Program-made: the position numbers and the translations under genes | Notes under the pieces: generated by a model | What the model was told of the DNA's origin: nothing | Databases searched by the model: none | Seen by the model: only the letters and a program-made list of their open reading frames with translations | Shown: piece after piece, positions 23,898-37,882 of the stretch | How positions within the stretch are numbered: the first letter of the stretch is position 1 | Layout of the letters: the number at the start of each line of letters is the position of its first letter | Assembly (NCBI GenBank): GCA_040285855.1 | Contig: JAUFOQ010000003.1 | Coordinates: forward strand, 62,001-126,000 | Reading direction: 5' to 3' | Length of the DNA: 64,000 nt | Source: Eukaryota sp. GEM-RC1 | Taxonomy: Eukaryota

Positions 23898-24351
23898 AGA
23901 GTTAACAAAGGTGATGCAATGAATATTTCTATTATTAACTAGAGATATATAATCGACTTGATTAGCTTCAGGTTAACTAAATAGGATATGTCTTAGTTTA
24001 ATTCAGTAGTAGTCTATTTGTTGTTTACAACACGTTCAAGTGTATCACATAAGTCAGTGTAGCGATAAATACGTTAGCATCATTTTCGGAGAAGTTTATC
24101 ACCACATGATCTTTCAATAGGCATAATTAACGGTGTTACTGGTTTATTGAACATCATTAAAGCAGTTCATCGCATTCAAAGTCAAACTCCGGTTTAAGCG
24201 ATACATTTGTTTGTCACACTGCGTGGAATCTGTTTGGAAAGTGATTATGTGGTTGATTACTATACCTTTGAGACAACCAATTTTAAACTAGTATTTGTAC
24301 TGTAGAGCTTTATCATTAAATATAATGCTTAATTCAATTGCATGTACACAT

Positions 24352-25117
24352 TTATTCGCAACTGAACGTTGAGAGGCCCAATATTCTCCTATGATTCCTG
24401 AATTTAATACAAGCAGACCCCTTGCATCGTTCAAATATCTGTCCGTTGATGCTACACCACGAACTGTCATCGGACTCATAGACCACGCACTTCCGACTGC
24501 CAATCATTGCTGGAACCGATTTTCTATCGGAAGTCCTTTTCGCATCAAGTGGAATTTCTGGGACAAGCGTATCTATTAGATCGATGCAATCAAAATTGAC
24601 TGCCAAGCAACGCCCCAATACCTTGGTTGAGACTTTACCGTTTGAGCACCAAAGTTGTACATCAAAGTCCATGATGCCAGCTTCAGCATAAAATCTTTCA
24701 GAGATGGTGTCTACAGCATACGTTCCTGCTGATATATCAAGACCAGGACTTACTTCAACACTGTACACATGCCATAAGTTGATTCCAAAGTCAACGTAAT
24801 ATACACATGCCAGAAACAATGCTGCTGCGGCAAGAAGTGCATAAGCTTTGGTGAGTATCGAAATGTTTCATACAGATCTTTTTCTTTAAGCGACGTTTCT
24901 TCGAAGAACTACGTGAATCAGATTCTGATAACAACAGTGGCATTTCCTTACTTTGAGGTGTATTATCCTTAAGTGCGAGAGTACAAATGCAACAACAACA
25001 ACAAAGAAGTAGTAAGATGACGACGATTCCAACAACTGTGAGAATACAGATGTCTCCGATCCTTCCACCAATACAGTTGCAATAGCTACCTCCAAAACAT
25101 ATTGAGGAGTCGAACAT
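24352..25117 (-). CDS. Hypothetical membrane protein (Cys-rich N-terminus, one TM followed by a Cys run), probably one frameshifted gene
   Basis: Overlapping ORFs 24791-25117 and 24352-24819 with protein-like composition; family not recognised. Confidence 0.4.
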
Positions 25118-26289
25118 TTGAAGAGAGAAAATTGAATTTTAAATCACCAAACAGCCACTTCTTTGTTCCTGTCCTGCTACAAAAGACCAAAAGTGCTACG
25201 TCTTTATCTTCAATACCAACGTCTTTTCTTCACTTTCCTCCGTCTCAAGACATTGTACACAACTAATCTCAAAAGTTTTTCTTGGAATTGTCTTCTGCTG
25301 AGAATAGCTGGTCTGAGTTGCTCTGTTAAGATCGCTTACGTGATTGACATTACTTAAGTCGCTGAATTGAATTCTCTATCTGACAAGGCCTCGAAGTTCT
25401 TCCACTTGAACAAACCCACGGCTTTACTTCAACACCTTTCTCAACTTCCCCCTCAGTTCTTCTCCACTCTTCTTCAAAATCCATATTCTGACGGGATGTT
25501 GAAGAACAGTTTTTCAAGCGTTAGACCAACATGGACGATGACGTGAACAACGCAGTTTGGACAAGGGTCAGCAAAAGAGATAACAAGAAGAACAAGGTCC
25601 CAGAAACAATGAGAAACTGGTAGATTGTTGATGGGAGAACCAAGTCACAAAAGTGGGTGCACACAATAGTGTAGAGTCTAAATGGAAAAACTACAATGAG
25701 TTTTTCTTTTAAATTTTGTGTTTTTTTGAAGAGGATTATGTGTCTTCCTCTGTAATAAAACCCATTGAACCCTTCTTGGATTGACGGGTGGCTAGCCAAT
25801 CACTAGCTTCTCAAGACAATCGTTCAACAGCATTCAACGAAGATTCTGTGTCAGTAGTGATCAATTTGGTCCCCTTTCTCTTCATTTTTCACATCAGAGC
25901 TTTCTTAAAGAATTCAAAAGAAGTCTTTGTGTGTATGGAAACAGTAGAAACCGTGAAAGAGTTGCTGTCATGGCCTTGACTTTCACTTCTTGACTCGAAG
26001 ACAAACGTCAGCTGTTTGTCAATACATCTTTATACTTAACTTGTCTTCATTGACTATATTGTTTACTCTTTAAAGACAGTTCGTGACTCATGCTCATTTA
26101 GTTCTGGAGCATGGGTTTATACTCTTGCTTCCACTATTGAAGACCAAAAATCATGAGTAAGTTTGACTGCATATGTATACACTGCATATACATTGAATAA
26201 ACATATGAATAAATAATTATAAGACTTGGAAACAACGTACCAATCAAAAATCCAAGTAAATAGAAACAGTTAACTTCAATCAATTAAAT

Positions 26290-27187
26290 AAATCCCAACA
26301 GCGCTCTCCTTTTCAACACGTCAACAGGTTCACATTCGTCCAGAACTTTTTTCCTTCTCTCCCAATAACTTGCTTTGTCTAGACTACAGCTCGTTCCAAT
26401 TCCATTCCTATAACAATAGATAAGTTGTTGAATAACCCCACTGCAATTTAACTGCCGACTTTTGGAAACAATTCAAAGGCCATTTGATAGTTTTGTTCTA
26501 CTTCGATTTTATTCATAAACTGCAAACCTAGATTCATCATTCCAGTTGAACTTCCACCTTCAGCAGCCATTTGGTAATACCTTATAGCTTCATCAACGTC
26601 CTCATCAACTCCTTCTCCAGTTTCATATAATTCACCTAGAAAATTCATAGCGCCAGTGTTGTCCAATTCAATAGCGATCTTCAATAGGTTGATACTTTTG
26701 TCGATGCTCTGTTTAACGGCATGTCCATGTTTATAGCAAGATGCCAACAGAAAGATTCCTTCAGAATTATTGAAATCTGCAGCCTTTTTGAACCAGTTAG
26801 AAGCTTCACCCAGAAACTTACGGAAATTAGAGACACCTTTTCTCCAATAATAACAACATCCAATATTAACCATACCAAAGACATGTCCCAACAAGAAACA
26901 ATAAAAAATGAGAAGAAAAAGACTCAGCAGTAATGGAGACACTTTGTCCATAGAAAGTTGATAAAACTAAAAAGAAAAGGTCAGAATCTGTAAAAAGAAA
27001 GTGAAGGTAACTCTACTGAAGAAGATCGAAGAAGTTTTTCTTTGATAATAGAACTCAAGGAACTAACTACGAAAGAATGGCAGTGGAAAGGAACGTCATC
27101 ATATAGAATGATTGTGTCTGTAAGAAGATTCTCTTTTTGAAAAAGATGAAGCTTGTTGGAGATACCATCAGAGGTTAGGGAGAACAT
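26290..27187 (-). pseudogene. BTB/POZ plus SEL1-like repeat gene, fragmented
   Basis: LLTDTIILYDDVPFHCHSFVVSSLS (BTB); GAMNFLGELYETGEGVDEDVDEAIRYYQMAAEGG (SEL1 repeats); several frameshifts. Confidence 0.8.
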
Positions 27188-27948
27188 TCTGGATTGAAAA
27201 ACGGCACCGTCTTGGGTTGCATTCTGGTCGGATTCCTGATGGATAGATAGATTCCATAGTATTGACCTTGAAATTAGACTTCTGACTTACTTTGTGTGTC
27301 ATAAATCGTGTTTTCAGTTTAGCCTGCGTTTCAACTTGTAGTGTTCTTCCACACACTTACCACGCTAAATCCAAAACTGTACTTCACGGCCAGATTCTTT
27401 TGTTGTAGTGTACGTGTGAATACTACTCACTGCCACAACCTTACTAGCGCTGTAAGTGGCCTGAAACATCCAAAACCCAGTCCTACGTGTCACCTTGATG
27501 AAATCCATCGAGAAAACATCATTCGCATCTCTAGACGAAATCCATGAGAGTTCAACACATTTCGAATCATGCGATGTTGTATGACAGACAGAGCAATACA
27601 AACATGAATTGTTGTTTTATTAGGTTACACATAAACTACAGAGTGAACGACAAGTGAAAGTAGGAGAGATCCTGATATTTCAAGGTCAGGATAGGGTTGA
27701 AATTATAGGATCTGAATGTACTACAATCACAGTGCAAAATCAATATAAAATCAATCCCAATATTGCAATAAAATGCCACCTGAACCAATACAATACAACA
27801 CAGATTAAATATGATTATGAGGTTATCCGATTAACACCAGAGTTCTCAAATTAGCTTAAATTCATATGTGACAAATAAATTTGAAGATTTAAGAACTATA
27901 AGTAAAATAGCGGAAAAAGTAAGAGATATAATCCAAAATTTAAAATAA

Positions 27949-30484
27949 TCATAACAGCATTCGATCATTTGAGATTCTTTGAATGGTTTCACCACTGATA
28001 GGGATATGTCTAAGATCAATCAAATCAATTGTGGAATTCAGTTCCAGTGACTGGGCCAAAACAATAGCACCATCATTGTCAATAGAATTGTGAGATAGAT
28101 CAATGTGTACAAGAGTAGAATTGACTTTCAACGTATCAGACAATAAAGTTGCGCCATCAAATCCAATTAAACTAGTTGTACAACAGATTCTCGAAATTTG
28201 TGAAGAATTTGAGATGATAGACCGAAATATTCTAACAAAATCACGATCAGACAGCAAACAGTCACTAAAGTCAACAGAAGTCAATGAACTACTGACTTCG
28301 AGTAAATCAGATAAGATTGTGATTGCTTCTTCAGTGAAACGACAACTGTTCAGAGTGAGCTCTCTAATACTAAAGCGTTGTAGGAAAGAACGTAGAAACG
28401 AGATTTTTCTAGCTGATATTTTTGTAGCAAGTACTGGAGAAAAACGAAAAATACCATTTTCAATGTCCAAATAATGAGGAGAAACAACAAGGTCAATTAC
28501 TGATTTGTTAATTGACAGAATTTCAAAAAGAACAGATAATCCTTTTGGACTTGGATTTTTAAATCCAATACATTCGACTCTTCGAATAGAAACATTTGCC
28601 TTTAAAGCTGTTAAAAGGAGCAAAAGGTCATTGTTACAAATTTGACTTCCGTAACAAATATATTGAAGAGTATAGTCAATAAAATGACGAGAATTTTTAA
28701 TAGTTAAAACCAGCTTGTCATCTGAAAACAATTTAAATATTTTTAAAAGATCCTTGAAACCTAGTAATTGTTTACTTAGAACGATGTTTGTCAAACAAGG
28801 ATTAGCTAGAGCAGCATCTATAATTGAGTAAAAATAATTGTCACATAGTACACAATTACTGAGGTCAAGTGAAGTCAATGATTTATCAACCCTGATGAAG
28901 TAACATAGACCAGTGATTGCTTCCCCAGTAAAGCGACAGTTCTGAAGAGCAAGATTGGAGATACTAAAACCCTTCTGAAAAGACTGTAACAACAAAACTC
29001 TATCACTAGTGAATTCTGTCTCGGAAAATACTGGCGAATAACAAAACAGGTTTTTCTTAACATCGATACAGTGAGGCGAAAGGTCTAGGAATGAACGCAA
29101 TCTTATCGAAGATAAAAAGTTAAAAACTGTAATTAAAGAAGAAAAATTTAAATCTAATGATGGGAAAGAAACTTTTCTCAGTATTGAGTTGTTTTGAAGT
29201 CCAGTAAGGACTGAAGTAAACTGTGCAAAACTGGAAAACAAACAGTCACAGTTGAAAACAAGTAAACCAGCATTTGTTTGCAACATCTCCACTAGTGAAA
29301 AAACGTCATCATCATTGAGTAACTGGTCAGAATCCCGGATAATTACTTCTACCAAAGTAGAGTTTGATTCAAGAGATTTAAAAATAGGTGCAAAAGGCAG
29401 ATGACAGTATCTTAGTTCCAGAAATTTCAAGAATTGATTAGATTTTAAAACCTCAGATAATTGACCAACATTGAATCCATTCTCTTCGATAATTAATTGA
29501 TTGATTGATGAGCTGTTCTTAATAGCGTCAAATACAAAAGAATCAAGATTGCAGCCACGTGAAAATTGAATTTTTCTTAGACAATAATTCGATATCACTG
29601 GTACAAGATCGGATGAACTGTGAATATTAACACCTGAAAGCTCTATTGATTTAAGTGAAGAATTATTCAGTGCAGAAAACAAACAAACAGCTTGGTCGTC
29701 AAAAGATTCTCACATTTAGTAAACGTGATTTTCTTCAAGGTGTTATTTGTAGAAAACACATGTCTAAAGAACTCAAAATCAGACCCAATGCTAGAATTTA
29801 TACGAATATTCATTTCTTGAACTGAATTATTGAACTTTAAAGACCCACAAATTGATGGGAAAACATCAATAAAACCCCCAATAGAAACGTCTAAGGTGTG
29901 GTAAGAAAAAGGGGGACGAACCGTCCAAGAGTTGGTGGAAATTAGGCTTCGAATTGAAGAGTGAAAAGTCACAGTCAATCCGTGAGACACAAGAAGAAAT
30001 CTCAAGAAAATCCTGAACATTAAAGGGACTTTCTACTTTCAACGATACTGATTTAACTTTGATACCAAAGAGAGAAGCAAATGAAGAAAGTACGGGGAAG
30101 TACTTTAGTTTAACCAAAGAGACTGTATTTGTCTCGAAAAAATACATAACAGCTGAGGAAGAGCATTCAAAGAAACGTTGGCTGAGGGAAACAAACTTTT
30201 TCAAAGAAAAAGATGTACACTTCATTAACTAAACGACGTAATGAACGATGATCGTGGTGATTGGACCCAAAGATGGCTTTAAACAGACGTTTGAGATAGT
30301 GAGACTGTATTAGCAACAACAAGGATTGTTGCAAACAGATATGTTTGGAAAAAGTGTGGTCGGGAGGCGAAGAAGAATTGTGCGATAGATCTAAGGATCG
30401 AGCAGAAAGACTAGCAGAAGAATGCTCGGAAAGTGGACTGTCGGAAGAACGGGATATTTTGAATGGAGGTATTGGGGAACACAT
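27949..30484 (-). CDS. Leucine-rich-repeat (RI/NLRC3-like) protein, frameshifted in its 5' third
   Basis: 577-aa ORF with LTSLDLSNCVL, LVHIDLSHNSIDNDGAIVLAQSLELNSTI repeats. Upstream ORFs start MCSPIPPFKISRSSDSPLS, paralleling the gene starting at 17712. Confidence 0.85.
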
Positions 30485-31299
30485 ACCAATATCTGTAAGC
30501 TGAGAGAACAATCCACCAAAGACGTTCATGCCCAAAAGTTAGAACTTCACGATCTTCCTCTCATCTCTGGTAACACGCTCCTCATCTCTTTCACTAGCTT
30601 AACATCTTGAAAAGACATCCCTCAAGTTTCTTAAAAGAAAGTTGTTTCGCAATAGCATGCTCCGTTTCGGTTCTCCTCGTTCCATTGCTTCCGTTTAGTC
30701 TTCTGCTCTCTTCTCATTCTCCACTTCAGGATTTAAGTCGCTCCTCACCTATGCCTTCCATCATTGTTCTCTTTGAAAGATGACGTCATTGAAAGTTAAC
30801 GACAAGGTCTCAACAGTAGTATTTGTGTCTTGTCGAATGGAAAACAGATGATCTTGAATAGATCTAAATTAAGTTTTTAATAACTCAACCTTATTCTTGA
30901 AGACTTTGTTGGCTTACATGAATTTTTACAATTATTGTCTGTTATTTCAACCTTATTAATATGAGTTTCTTTTCAAAGGTTGTTGTTTTTGGCATCGGTT
31001 AGTACCAACTCCTTGGTTATCTTAACATAAAACTTTCAAAACAGTACTTTTACCTGAGTTATGTTACGGTGATTTCCTTTACATCTCAGTTCTATGTAAA
31101 AAAAACTTTTTTTTTAAAAGTTGTGATGTGTTCCTTAATTAGTAAGTCCATGATGTGATTCTAGTCGATGAAGGAAGGAATTTCTTCCACCAAGAATCTC
31201 TTTTTATATATGACTCAAAGTATTCTGACCGTTCTGTTTTTCTGATATCAGTAATTATACATTTTCTTCTTAAAATTTGGACAAGCAGTCAGGGTAATT

Positions 31300-32360
31300 G
31301 ATTCTGTAATTTAGTTCATTATTTTATGAACAATTGTGTCGTTATTGTCAACAGTTCCATCAACATTAACTACAGAATTGTTGATGGTCGCCATTTGACA
31401 CTTAATTCTATTTTTTAAGATTTGATCACTACTCATATAATTCACCGTCTCTAAGAATTCATCTTCAACAGGAGCTTCACCACAACTTGAAAAACACAAT
31501 AAGTCTACAAATTGAATTTTCGAAAAGCTCAGGAATTTAAGAACTCTCATCTTTCAGAATTTTGAATCATACATTACATTCGTCTAGACAGAAATCTAGA
31601 AATAACTTTCAAAAAATAATCACCCATTGATATTGGACTATTATTGGTGTATTTAGGTTCTTGTTTGATGTTCCAAACAATTTACTCGATAGAATGAAAG
31701 AATTTAAAACAGAAGGGCCTTTGTTCGGAACAATTAAATTAAAGAGGAAACCAAAGACAACTAAAAATCCAGATGATAAAATAGATGGAATTAGGTAACT
31801 CTTCCATTCAGAAACACCTCTAGCACCACCCTTAGGATAGTTCAAAAAGCTTTTCGAACATCATCCTCAGAAAGAGAATCTTTTTTTAATCAGAATAGGA
31901 GGCAACATCAGAAACAGAAGAAAGAACTTCTGGAACCTGAGTATGAAGAACAACAAGGGAGTCAATGGTGGAAGAGTCATAGCATATAGGAGCAGAAGAT
32001 TGGTCAGAAGATCAGCAATCAAAGGCTTTTGAAACAGCACCGTGGGACAAAAGTTTGGCTACACTGTCTTCTTTTGAAGACTTCTGGACTGGGAGGTTTC
32101 AAAGTGGATAGCAGTTCAAAAAGCTCTTTGGGTTTCGAATTTCGAAGCAGATCAGAAGAAAGAGAAAATTTGAAAAACAAGAACCTCGACGAAAAAGAGC
32201 GAAAGAAGGAAGAAGAAATAGTCACTTACATTGAGCTAAATGAGATAATGAAGAGGAACAAAGAGATTCGACAACGTCAAACCAAGACTTGGACGGAGGG
32301 TGAAAAAGGTCTTACCATAGCTGATGAAATGAAAGAGATCAGTGAAAGTTGCATCAGGGA
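31300..32360 (-). mobile_element. CRE-like retrotransposon relic (N-terminal and pre-RT part)
   Basis: YPKGGARGVSEWK...FLFNLI...SSKLFG parallels 6444-6860. Confidence 0.65.
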
Positions 32361-32599
32361 GTGAGAAGAACAAAGAAATAGAAGAAGAAATTTTAAGATT
32401 TCATGCATGTATCGAAGCATGATTAGCGTTAATGAATTTAGCACAGCGTGCACTTGGCCAAATTTAAAGAATTAAAGTGTTCTTCAGAAAAAATAGAAAG
32501 AAGAAAGTTCTTGCAATGACCAGAATGGTTGAGGTGTCTTAGTAAAGAAGTATTTCTATTATTAGATGAAATGGTGAACTCCTTGTGACAATAAGGGTC

Positions 32600-33030
32600 T
32601 GTGAACTTCATTTGGTCTGCATGTTTCCCACTTTATTTTTATTACCATGACCAATAAAAAATTTTCTTCCTATGAATCTCCTACTTTTAATTCAGTGAAG
32701 CGAACACATCATGAATTGCCTTCACAGTTTTTTTCCAGCTATCCCTCATTCTTCTTGATTTCATTCTCGACTTTATCTAGCTCCTGCCCGTAAAGTACAG
32801 AGGGTGTTATCTTTGAGAAAGTTTACAAACTCTACTCTAGTATAGTGACCGCTTTTAAGTGCCAAAGAAATATTCCCTCTTGGGTTAAAGCCACAACTCC
32901 TCCAATCATAGACTTGTGAATTGTGGACCTTGGACTGAAGTAATTCTTCCCTACAACTGATCGTGATGTCTGGTGATGTCTGCCAAAGTGTTCTGGGTGG
33001 AAACTGGTCTCATCTATAAACTCCAAGTCA
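32600..33030 (-). pseudogene. Tc1/IS630-like DDE transposase relic
   Basis: EFIDETSF (first catalytic Asp motif), SMIGGVVALTQEGI and a downstream FLLVM remnant. Confidence 0.5.
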
Positions 33031-33045
33031 GGTACGGATCAATCC

Positions 33046-33659
33046 AGTATTTCATTTGGAAAATACATAAAATACAAAAATACGTAAAATACACTAAAAT
33101 ACAAAGTAAAATACAAACATACACGTCAGTGAATTTTCATCTCCACGACTCAACGTTAACGGTACAGTAGTAGATTGTTGTCTACGTTTGCGTTTTCCTG
33201 CATTTGGTGACACCGTATCCAACATTAGTGCATCGTCATGGATCTCCACTAACTCACCAATTCCATCGTCTTCAACTTGTACAACTTCCTGATTCTCTTG
33301 TTCAACATCAGAAAATTCATAAAATAGGTATAGAGTGGATTGATGGTATAGATTGGGGAAGAGAAGTCATGAAGGAGGGTCTGGTTGAAAATATATATTG
33401 AACTTTTTTTGTTTCATTTGTTCATCATCTACTCTGGATTTGACTCTGTGAAATGCAATCAGTTCATAAACAAACGATCTCCCAAACCAAAAGAGTACGA
33501 CTATCTCTATCTAATCGACTCATTTTACATCAAATCTTGGCTAAAAAAGCGTTTGCAGTGTGTGTGTGAAAAATACACTAAAATACAGTTTGTATTTTAA
33601 AACTCACTTTTGAAAAATACAAAAAATACAGAAATCTGTATTTTACAAGTATGCTCTAA
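33046..33659 (-). mobile_element. MITE, same family as 23329-23897, opposite orientation
   Basis: CTGTATTTTACAAGTATGCTCT (33636-33657) is the reverse complement of 23330-23351; AAAATAC subterminal arrays. Confidence 0.65.
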
Positions 33660-34523
33660 ACTTTTTGAGATCAAAACTTTCTTTCAAAACTGATAGATAT
33701 TAATGTACGCTTTTAGAGCTTACATCGCTCATAAGATATCCTCATTAAAATTCTAGGTAAAATACTGATAGATACTTCTTTTTCTAGTTTTGAGGTTTGT
33801 AAGCTTGGAGCTCTCGTAGTAATATGGATGTGAACTTGTCCACCATTTTAACAACAGATTTGACTTCTTTACTAGCCAGTACACGATAATAAAAGTTCCA
33901 TTGAGTTGTTTTAAAACAAATAGTACAATGTAACTTTGAGCTTTTGCAAACAGATAAACCCAGCAAGCACTGATTCGGATGTCTCCGGAGGCATGTGATT
34001 TTATTGTGTCTATGTCAGATCCATTGAGCAGCAATGATCGTGATAAAGGACTTATAAGAGAATAAATAAGAAAATGATTTAAGAAGATGAAACCTACAGC
34101 TATTCACACCAAAAATTATCAGCGAATAAAACAGAAGTGAAAGAAGTAAAATACAATTTTGGTCGTCGTATGGGAGCCATCCAGATGTGTTGTCGCTAAG
34201 TGTTCCGTCAGAAATCGTCACAGAAACATAATCAGAATTTGTAAATTTGAAAAGGTGTGACGAAGCAGAAGGTGAAATGTCTTCAGCCTAGCGGAGGAAT
34301 TTTGATTCAGTTGATGAGTCCAAAAATACAGGTACAGTGTACATAAATAACAATCACTCTTCAAGTGGCAGTCAATCCAGGATTTCTAAACAGAAACTTG
34401 CACACATCCAGAATGGCTGGATCTCTCAGTAGTAATGAGCTAACTAACCAAACTAACGTCAGCATCTGTTTGTGATATCAATTCAATTCTTAATAAAGTG
34501 GTCGATTTGAATGAATTTTTAAA

Positions 34524-35256
34524 GACCCGGGTAAATGCACAACATTATGCACCACATATTCTATTCATTTTGTAAACTGGACCACATTCAAAATGCACCA
34601 CATAAATAAAACCACACCACACATCACCAGTGAACATTAGGTACCCTGATGAACACGAATGTTGAACATTTTACCATTATCGATTACTTAAGATCCTTGG
34701 ATGACAGATGTGGTTTAACCAAACAGAATGTATCTAACATCAAAAAAAAGAACACAGAAGACTAAACTTACATCGTTCCATAGTATGGTTGATCATGTAA
34801 ATGACCAAAATGACCTCATTTGTATCAACGAACTCAAGGGATTTGTTACCTCTTACAAGGTGGTTAAAGATTGAGAACGACTGTGTAATAAGACATGACA
34901 ATCTCTGCCAAGCAACCTAGACGAAGATTGCTTAAGGCAACAATTATGTTCTTTCCCTAACGAGCTTCCTAACATGTCCTCCCAGTTGCACGTAGACCTC
35001 GGAGAAGACTTCCTGTGTCTCGTAATAAGAATCCATCTAAGTCTACGCTTAGAGATCCGACCTCCTTTGAACTACCTGTTAGACGTACAAGAAGTCAACC
35101 CAACAAGGCCAAAGATAATGTTTTGTCTTTTTGATCGATAAATGGTGTTTACTGTTGCTTCTGTAAAATGAAAATTATACTATGTGGTTCAAGATGTATT
35201 GTGTGGTGTATTTTACAAAATACATAGAATATGTGGTGGTGCATTTACCCAGGGTC
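34524..35256. mobile_element. TIR element (MITE)
   Basis: GACCC(T)GGGTAAATGCAC...CACCACATATTCTA is inverted at both ends; CACCACA subterminal repeats; TSD unclear. Confidence 0.75.
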
Positions 35257-35856
35257 TTTTAGAAAATCAATACATTAAATTGTTGATCCATGGTTGATCA
35301 GTGGGATGAGTTTCTGTTATGTAAGACATAAGAATCGACTCTTCAATTCTTTGGCCAACAATGTTTGCAATCACATTTCATTTGACTCTCCTGTACCAAA
35401 AGTCCTACGTGCCATACAAAAAAGACGTGAATGAACGATAGTTGTGTAGGCACGTTGAAAGTAGCGGTTGGTGTAATTGAGTGTGAGTAGATGCACTTCT
35501 ACCAGGCAATGATTATACTTGAAAGTTGAGACATGAAACAGTATTGTTGATAATGTCATTGAGGCAGAGTTTGTTTAGTGTGGGAGTACTCAGTGTTTTC
35601 GTGATAGTGATTGTGTTCTGGGTTGTCTCTCAGGAAACTCTGCCAGTAGTTACGTAATGAACTACTTACAATCATTGTCAATCCAAATGTTTACACAATT
35701 GACAGTCAAAGCCGTAAAACATTTCATTTAACTTACTAACAGTTTAAACACTACAGTTTGATCCACTCGGTCTGTTCAATTGGAGTAATAAAGTTCTTGA
35801 AATCCATGAATAAAGTTGATTACATAGTTCTACGTAATTTTCCACAAATATTGAAT

Positions 35857-35937
35857 AAAAAAACGGATTTATGTGCGGAGAAAAACACATAATAAGTTAA
35901 GTACAAATAGATAAACACTATTAAAACAAATTATCAA
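35857..35937 (-). repeat. Second copy of the short repeat at 13734-13816
   Basis: Direct sequence match to 13734-13816. Confidence 0.75.
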
Positions 35938-37882
35938 ACGAACTACCTAATTCCGAAAAGTAGTTGCCTCCAAACAACTTGGACAAAATGGAATCAACAT
36001 ATCTATACATAGACCTAAAAATCGAAAAAGCAAATTTACTCTTCCAGTACGATCTGTTAAACTTCTTGCCAAGTTCTGAACACAAATTATAATAATTATA
36101 ATATTATATTTAAATATTGAATTGATTTAATGTATTTTAACATATTTTTAAATGTTAAATGAATCAGTGTTTTGATGAATGTGGTGTTGCGTGTAAGATG
36201 CTTTGGATGATGAAATAAATGTATTGTCTATGTCTTCAATGGTGCATTTTATCTTAGTTCAATTTAATTTTAGACCAAATAGGGTAATTTACAGATAATT
36301 AATCGTCAACATACATGTAAGATCGGATTCTGATCGGTTCATTTGTTTAATCTTATTTCTTAGACTGTCTAGTGTAGATGCAGTGATCACATGACGTTTG
36401 TCTATTGTAGTAAATAAAAGATCAAACTATTTTAATTGCTCGTAGTCCATTTACATTTTGTAAGTCACCTATTGAAACAAGATTTTTGAAATTGTGATAT
36501 ATTAGAAACATGTTAATGTTGAGTGAATTTGAAACAAATAAGTGACCACAAAACCACTGTAATCTCAATATGTTCTAAGCGCAAACACAATGGTAATTCT
36601 AATTAAAACTTCTAAAGACTTTGTGCAATTTGATTTCTTTGTTCAATTGATACTAGTAGATGTGCAATAATAGACAAAACCAAACTTTCATAAACATGAA
36701 TAAAGATCAATCTAGAGATACAAAAGTTACACGATTCCCATACACAGCTGATATATCTTTAGAAACACTACCACTATTGTCACAAAGCTCGAAATTCAAA
36801 TCAAACAGGGTCTGATTGACTGTCAAGGAATCAACAAGAACTCAATCAGCCGTTAAGGACAGATTCTGGGTGGTCATCACCTAATGCAGCTGATATGATA
36901 TGTGATTGGAAGATGAGACAACTAGAATATCAACCGAGTGTTCGTCAAACACAGTTTTTCATGATGAACGGGAAAGGAATTTTCAACTACAATATACAGT
37001 AATTGGAACACAATGTACATGTTCAAGTTTCTCATCATCGATCCTTAAAGTCTTTGAATTTCCGGATAGTTGTACTTTGAATGGCCTTAAATAGAACTGT
37101 TGTCAATTATACACAAAACTGTAGTGAAAGTCTAATGTTTAACTCGTTCATTGTTGATATCTGACGTTTTTGTTTCTTGTTAAAAGACACTCTAAATAAT
37201 ACTAATCATGAAACCCAAAAAGAGCACTAATTCTCTTAAACAATAAACAACTACAGACTTTTACAATATCGAGGACCAAATATCGTACTGAAGAGAATAG
37301 TGTATATCTTAGAGTGGTAAGACAATAGCTCGTGCGTTTAATTCAATTATTCACATCCTCAATTATTATATGAAGAGTAACGACTGCTTAATCATCTCTG
37401 AGATCAACTACATTATAGAAGTTCTATAAAACGGCCTTGTACAAAACATTTTGACCCTTCAAAATTGAATGAAACAAAAACCATCTTTATAAACAAACAT
37501 GATTTCATCATAAGCTAACAAAATTTTTTTATTTAAAGACACCAACTTACCACGTTGGATACAAAACTAATTGTATCAATATTAGAATCACCAATAGTTT
37601 TTATTAGTGAATAACTAATTGACAAAACTAACAAAAATTTCAGTTACATTCAAAAAAATTAAACCATTATCAGAATGATCAAGAGTAGTCACCAAGTATA
37701 AATGATTTAATAATTTGAATTTTTTGAAAAAGCAACAGAACCATGGCAGATAAACATCAAGTACTGGACTCCTTCATTTAAGGTCATTTAATAAAACCAA
37801 ACTGGTAGAACTCTAGAAAATCAAACTTCATTTGACAAATCAGAAATTTTAAAATTCAGTTAAACAAGAATGGTTTAAATAC